Assembly: GCA_012718855.1 (NCBI GenBank)
Contig: JAAYBS010000151.1
Coordinates: 1 to 54,619 of the forward strand
DNA from: Syntrophomonadaceae bacterium
Lineage (GTDB): Bacteria; Bacillota; Syntrophomonadia; Syntrophomonadales; Syntrophomonadaceae
Reading direction: 5' to 3'
Length of the DNA: 54,619 nt
How positions within the stretch are numbered: position 1 is the stretch's first letter; every line of letters starts with the position of its first letter. The position numbers and the translations under genes are program-made. A model generated the notes under the pieces. It ran no database searches and was not told the DNA's origin. It saw nothing but the letters and a program-made list of their open reading frames with translations. Shown here one piece after another: positions 50,034 through 54,619 of this stretch.

Positions 50034-50802
50034 TTGCCTTAAGAATTTCAGGCAGTTTTTCCAGAGCCGCCTCCCTGCCTAAATCCACTAATTCTCTGGA
50101 GCAATCAAAATCCTGGGAGGAATATCCACCAACTGCCGGTTGAATTAAAATGGAAGCCAACTTGGAAACATAATCAAAATGAGGCTTCTGCATAATGTCC
50201 AGAGAAGTCAAAATCACATCAATAGAATTATTTATAACCGGTATTTTACCGGGACAATAGGTAACATCAACTGCAATAATCATTTCATAACCTCGATCAA
50301 TTGCCACCTGTACAGGCAAACGATCTGTGACTGCCCCATCAACCAATACCTGTCCATCTTTCCTGACCGGATGAAATACCCCCGGTATTGAAATGCTGGC
50401 CCGGACTGCCTCTGCTACTGACCCCTCTTCAATCACAATTTTCTCCCCACTTATGAGATCAGTTGCTACCACTGCCAATGGAAAGTCCAACTCTTCAAAA
50501 TTTTTATTTTTGGTTAGTAATTCAAGAAAAGTGGTAATCTTTTTACCTGCTATAAAACCCATTCTGGGTACACGTATATCATACAAAATATTCGTATTCA
50601 TATATTCTATCATGCGATCCAACATCTTAAGATCAGCACCGCAGGCATATATACCTGCCACCATGGCACCCATACTTGAACCAACTACCAAATCCAGAGG
50701 AATATTATTTTCAGCCAGTACCTGCAGGACTCCTATATGAGCCAATCCCCTCGCACTTCCTGCCCCCAGCACCAATGCAACTTCCGGTCGATTATCAATC
50801 AT
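50017..50802 (-). CDS. patatin-like phospholipase (YlbK-like)
   Basis: 261-aa ORF with the oxyanion GAGSARG motif, the lipase GSSMG motif, and a later DGA motif. Confidence 0.85.
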   Translation of the reverse strand: MIDNRPEVALVLGAGSARGLAHIGVLQVLAENNIPLDLVVGSSMGAMVAGIYACGADLKMLDRMIEYMNTNILYDIRVPRMGFIAGKKITTFLELLTKNKNFEELDFPLAVVATDLISGEKIVIEEGSVAEAVRASISIPGVFHPVRKDGQVLVDGAVTDRLPVQVAIDRGYEMIIAVDVTYCPGKIPVINNSIDVILTSLDIMQKPHFDYVSKLASILIQPAVGGYSSQDFDCSRELVDLGREAALEKLPEILKAINRSE

Positions 50803-50897
50803 GAAATAATACCCCTTTCAAGCTAACCCCAGATCAAAATAATTCTAATCATTACGCTCACCAGCATATATTCCTATATAGAAAGGAAGTAATATAT

Positions 50898-52079
50898 ATG
50901 AAACCATTCCCGGTATGGCTTTTACTATCATTAATATTAATATTAACCCTGTTTATGTTTATTAATCCCGGCGAAACCGTTAACGCCGCCGGTAGTGGTA
51001 TGAAACTCTGGTACTCTACTATCGTTCCGGCCTTGTTACCTTTTTTTATTGTTACTGAACTGCTGGTAAGTATTCATTTTGTAAAACTATTGGGGGTTAT
51101 ATTAGAACCAATTATGCGTCCTATATTTCGTTTGCCCGGATGTAGTTCCCTGGTATTAGTCATGGGTTTTACTTCCGGCTTTCCTATGGGAGCTGTATTA
51201 TGCAGCCGCCTATATGAGCAACATCTGCTTACCAGAGAAGAAGTACAGCGTTTAGTTTCTTTTACCAATAACTGCAGTCCCTTGTTTGTAATTGGTGCAG
51301 TTGGTATGGGAATGTTTGGTTCAGCCACAATTGGTTATCTATTAGCTGCTGCTCATTATTTAAGCAACCTTGGAGTTGGTTTATTATGGTCTATATTAAA
51401 TGATGGCCGGGGAATGATAACCCCGTCTAAATCCCATCAACAATTGGTAAGCAGTGCTGTGAAAGATTTCCTTGCTGCTAACCGGCTTAACACTGGCGGC
51501 ATAGGTCAACTTATGACTAATGCCGTTAGCAAAAGTATTGGTACGTTGCTCTCCATAGCCGGTTTTATTGTACTATTTTCGGTCCTGGCTCGTATGCTGA
51601 CCGTCTGGGGTGTACTTGATAATTTAGCTCATATATTCGTATATCTATTTGGGTTTTGCGGTGTTTCTTATCAGCATGGCTATAGCCTGGCTACTGGCTT
51701 ATTTGAAATCACCATTGGCCTTAAGACCTTAATAACATTCTCTCCAGGCACCTCGCTGATAAATTTAATTATAGCCAGTATAATATTATCTTTTAGCGGG
51801 TTATCAATAATCACTCAGGTAATGAGCGTAATAGCTGAAATTCATATCCGCTGGTCTTTTTACTTATTATCACGTTTGTTACAAATGATTTTTGCCACTG
51901 TAATTACTATAATCGGCTATTATCTGGTCATAATAAACAACAGCGTGCAGAGCTTTACTATTCCTGTATATAAAGTCCTGTACGCTATTGATGCCTGGAG
52001 CTGGTCAATTTATTGCTTTATTATAGGTTGCAGTATCATTGCAGTTATGACGGTAATAGGATTACTGTATAGAAATTAG
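50898..52079 (+). CDS. ylbJ: sporulation integral membrane protein YlbJ
   Basis: 393-aa polytopic membrane ORF with a nucleoside-recognition/spore-maturation-like domain pattern and the ylb-cluster position. Confidence 0.8.
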   Translation: MKPFPVWLLLSLILILTLFMFINPGETVNAAGSGMKLWYSTIVPALLPFFIVTELLVSIHFVKLLGVILEPIMRPIFRLPGCSSLVLVMGFTSGFPMGAVLCSRLYEQHLLTREEVQRLVSFTNNCSPLFVIGAVGMGMFGSATIGYLLAAAHYLSNLGVGLLWSILNDGRGMITPSKSHQQLVSSAVKDFLAANRLNTGGIGQLMTNAVSKSIGTLLSIAGFIVLFSVLARMLTVWGVLDNLAHIFVYLFGFCGVSYQHGYSLATGLFEITIGLKTLITFSPGTSLINLIIASIILSFSGLSIITQVMSVIAEIHIRWSFYLLSRLLQMIFATVITIIGYYLVIINNSVQSFTIPVYKVLYAIDAWSWSIYCFIIGCSIIAVMTVIGLLYRN

Positions 52080-52543
52080 AAGTCATCATTGTCAGCTCCG
52101 TTACGGATCTCATCCTTACCCTGAGCTATAGCTTCCAATCCTCTGCGCAACACCATTTCCATATGGGTTAAAACCCCATCGGCATATTCATTGGCATCCC
52201 GACGCATTTCCCGAGCTACTTCATGAGCCCGCGTAACAATATCGTCAGCTACCTGCATAGCATTACGGGTAATCTCATTTTCATCTACCAACCTGGCAGC
52301 CTGGCCTTTTGATTGTTCGACATACTCATCGGCCTGGGCAAAAGCATCCTGAACAATACGTTCTTTGTCCTGCAGAAGTATTCTGGCAGTTTCCAATTCC
52401 TCCGGTAACACCGCTCGCATACGATCAAGCCTATCCAACAAACGGTTAACATCAACCAGCGTTTTACCACTATAAAGAGGGATTTTTTTACCCTCCTTTA
52501 TTATCATTTCTATTTCATCCATAATCCTAAATATTTCCATCAC
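52076..52543 (-). CDS. hypothetical coiled-coil protein (function unknown)
   Basis: 155-aa charged, helix-rich ORF (repeated E/R/A/Q heptad-like stretches) overlapping the rsmD 3' end by 17 nt. No catalytic motif recognised. Confidence 0.5.
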   Translation of the reverse strand: MMEIFRIMDEIEMIIKEGKKIPLYSGKTLVDVNRLLDRLDRMRAVLPEELETARILLQDKERIVQDAFAQADEYVEQSKGQAARLVDENEITRNAMQVADDIVTRAHEVAREMRRDANEYADGVLTHMEMVLRRGLEAIAQGKDEIRNGADNDDF

Positions 52544-53111
52544 CAGCTGCTTCCTCCTTAATCAAATGATAATAATATAAAGTCGATTCACCATAATCGT
52601 TAACCCGATAACACTGCAGGTTATCAAATACCAACGGTAATGTCTTCCTGCGCGGGGCACGAATAATTATACTTCCATCAGAATTAAGAATAATCTGTTT
52701 ATCTAATGCGGTTAAAACCTGATCAAATAACTTTTCATTGGTAAAGGGAGGGTCAATATATATTAAATCGAACTTAATTTCACGCTTTAATAATACAGCA
52801 ATAGCAACAAATACATCCTGCCTGTATACTTCATAACCCAATTCAAATCCACATGCCTTTAAGTTATGATGAATAGTCTGGACAGCTTCCCTTCCTGAAT
52901 CAACCAATATAACCAAATCAGCCCCACGACTTAGAGCTTCAATTCCCACACTGCCGCTACCGGCAAATAAATCCAGGAACTTTGCATTTCTGATATCTGG
53001 CCCTATAACATTAAAAAGGGCTTCCTTAATACGGTCAGTTATAGGTCGGGTATCATAACCTGGTGGTGCTTTTAGTTTTTTTCCTTTAGCTGCTCCTGAG
53101 ATTACTCTCAA
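52527..53111 (-). CDS. rsmD: 16S rRNA (guanine966-N2)-methyltransferase RsmD (YlbH)
   Basis: 194-aa ORF with the SAM motif DLFAGSGSVGIEALSRGA and the DPPF motif. TTG start after GAGGT. Confidence 0.9.
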   Translation of the reverse strand: MRVISGAAKGKKLKAPPGYDTRPITDRIKEALFNVIGPDIRNAKFLDLFAGSGSVGIEALSRGADLVILVDSGREAVQTIHHNLKACGFELGYEVYRQDVFVAIAVLLKREIKFDLIYIDPPFTNEKLFDQVLTALDKQIILNSDGSIIIRAPRRKTLPLVFDNLQCYRVNDYGESTLYYYHLIKEEAAGDGNI

Positions 53112-53299
53112 TTTAAATTACCTCATTGTTATGTTTCGCCAGTCATTAACACTATCCTCTACCATTTTTTTAATTTTAGCACAAAATATTTCATTTTATT
53201 GTGTATATAATCTCTTTTAAGTGGCAATGATATAGATACCAGATGATAAATCTGGTAAACAGACCCTCCCCAACAACTTTACAAAATTCTCCTCTCCCC

Positions 53300-53328
53300 A
53301 AAATGGCGACCAAAAAGGTCGCCATTTT
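53300..53328. other. perfect 12-bp hairpin in the rsmD/gpr divergent intergenic region
   Basis: AAAATGGCGACC-AAAAA-GGTCGCCATTTT. On the minus strand (the rsmD 5' leader side) it is followed by UUUUGGGG. Confidence 0.6.
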
Positions 53329-53384
53329 AATTGTATAATTATGCTTTACATAACGGATTATATTGCTAAAGGAGGTAGTTTATT

Positions 53385-54344
53385 ATGAATAAATTTATGC
53401 AGGATTTCAGTCTGAATGTTGATCTGGCTATTGAAGCCCGTGATCTGGTCCGGGGAGCAGCAGATACCGAAATTGAAGGCGTTACAGAAGAAGTAATCAG
53501 CAAAGAAGAGATCAAGACCCATATAATAAAGATAAATACTGAGAAAGGGGCTCAAAAACTGGGACGTCCAATCGGAACTTATATTACTATCGAGTCCCCC
53601 CCTATGAAAGTAAATGATCCTTATTTAAAGGAAGAACTGGTTCAGGCTATCACAGATAGTATGAGTTCATTGGTAGCCGAATTTATTAAAACCAATGATA
53701 CCGTACTACTGGTAGGACTCGGTAACTGGAGAGCTACTGCGGATTCACTGGGACCTAAATTTATTGAATATAGTCCTATAACCCGCCACTATCATAGTTA
53801 TGCCCCGGATGCACTGGTAGAAGGGATGCGTCCTACCTGTGGTATAGCCCCGGGTGTACTGGGTATTACCGGTTTGGAAACTTTTGAAGTAATTAAAGGC
53901 ATAGTTGACAACATTAAACCGGCCCTGTTGGTAATAGTAGACGCTCTGGCAGCCCAAAATGTCGATCGTATTGGTACAACTATTCAAATATCCAACACCG
54001 GGATTCAGCCTGGGGCCGGAGTGGGTAATTTGAGACATTCACTAACTCAGGCTGACTTGGGAGTACCAGTTATAGCTATTGGTTGTCCTACTATTGTAAA
54101 TGCTGCAGTAATCGCTGATCAGGCAGTAAAAAAATTCTGTTTTAATACCGGGGCCAGTTACGATGAGATTAAATCTATTAATTCCATACGTGAAATCGTA
54201 TCCTTTTACGGAGGTTCCCTGTCAGTAACTCCCAAAGAAGTCGATGATATAATTGAAAATAGTTCCCGCATAATCTCTATGGGAGTTGCCAGGACTCTTT
54301 TTCCAGGGATTACAGTGGAACAATTGGAGCTTTATGCCACCTGA
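53385..54344 (+). CDS. gpr: germination protease GPR
   Basis: 319-aa ORF with the GPR family N-terminus (VDLAIEARDL) and overall similarity. AAAGGAGG RBS upstream. Confidence 0.9.
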   Translation: MNKFMQDFSLNVDLAIEARDLVRGAADTEIEGVTEEVISKEEIKTHIIKINTEKGAQKLGRPIGTYITIESPPMKVNDPYLKEELVQAITDSMSSLVAEFIKTNDTVLLVGLGNWRATADSLGPKFIEYSPITRHYHSYAPDALVEGMRPTCGIAPGVLGITGLETFEVIKGIVDNIKPALLVIVDALAAQNVDRIGTTIQISNTGIQPGAGVGNLRHSLTQADLGVPVIAIGCPTIVNAAVIADQAVKKFCFNTGASYDEIKSINSIREIVSFYGGSLSVTPKEVDDIIENSSRIISMGVARTLFPGITVEQLELYAT

Positions 54345-54354
54345 TACCATGAAA

Positions 54355-54381
54355 ACAAGCGGATGTTAAATATCCGCTTGT
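54355..54381. terminator. hairpin between the convergent gpr and SASP genes
   Basis: ACAAGCGGAT-GTTAAAT-ATCCGCTTGT. A short U tract follows on the minus strand only. Confidence 0.55.
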
Positions 54382-54412
54382 CTACATATATTATTTAGTT
54401 TACTAGGACCTG

Positions 54413-54616
54413 TTATCCAAGAGTGTTCTGGGTCTGGTAAGCATAAATCATTTTTTTAACCATCTGTCCACCAATGCTACCAGCCTGCTGGGAGGTTAGA
54501 TCGCCATTGTAGCCCTGTTTCAGGTTAACCCCTACTTCCTGGGCAGCTTCGAACTTAAACTTATCCATGGCTGCCTTTGCTTGAGGAACTAAAAGTCTGT
54601 TTCCGCCTCTTGCCAA
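54413..54616 (-). CDS. alpha/beta-type small acid-soluble spore protein; the 5' end is at or beyond the window edge
   Basis: The 67-aa ORF reads ...NRLLVPQAKAAMDKFKFEAAQEVGVNL...GSIGGQMVKKMI, matching SASP alpha/beta conserved blocks. The apparent start is a TTG 3 nt from the window end, so the true start is unresolved. Confidence 0.85.
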   Translation of the reverse strand: MARGGNRLLVPQAKAAMDKFKFEAAQEVGVNLKQGYNGDLTSQQAGSIGGQMVKKMIYAYQTQNTLG

Positions 54617-54619
54617 TTG

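Overview
This window looks like a core chromosomal segment of a low-GC (about 40%), spore-forming anaerobic Firmicute, Clostridia-like. That placement is inferred from gene content only: gpr, an alpha/beta SASP, ylbJ, pta-ackA and selenocysteine formate dehydrogenases. Almost everything is housekeeping. In order: an ACT-domain gene and paaK; a long minus-strand block recJ-relA-dtd-MBL hydrolase, then a Phe T-box leader, then aroF-pheA-hemZ-hisS-aspS; a molybdopterin/formate island; mtaD-mtnA-mtnP; birA-smc-ftsY; radical SAM-rnc-acpP-plsX-rpmF-yceD; ackA-pta; and the Bacillus ylb-type cluster (tmcAL, patatin, ylbJ, rsmD) followed by gpr and a SASP gene. The formate island holds three moeA paralogs, a Tat-exported FdnGHI-type formate dehydrogenase with an in-frame UGA, fdhE, a cytoplasmic NuoEF-linked FdhA with a second in-frame UGA, and mobB. 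I found no defence, phage or transposase genes, and no new protein-coding system. The unexplained signal is non-coding. Two copies of a GC-rich, roughly 200-nt long-hairpin element sit in inverted orientation exactly around birA-smc-ftsY. They share a 76-nt core (74/76 identical) and their outer stems show compensatory changes. One copy lies in a 741-nt gene-free gap that also contains hairpin modules and four 10-bp phased repeats. Secondary observations are a Phe T-box with a duplicated antiterminator/terminator platform, a promoter-to-terminator small-RNA candidate downstream of aspS, and several gene-model oddities. All folds and alignments were done by eye and need computational confirmation.
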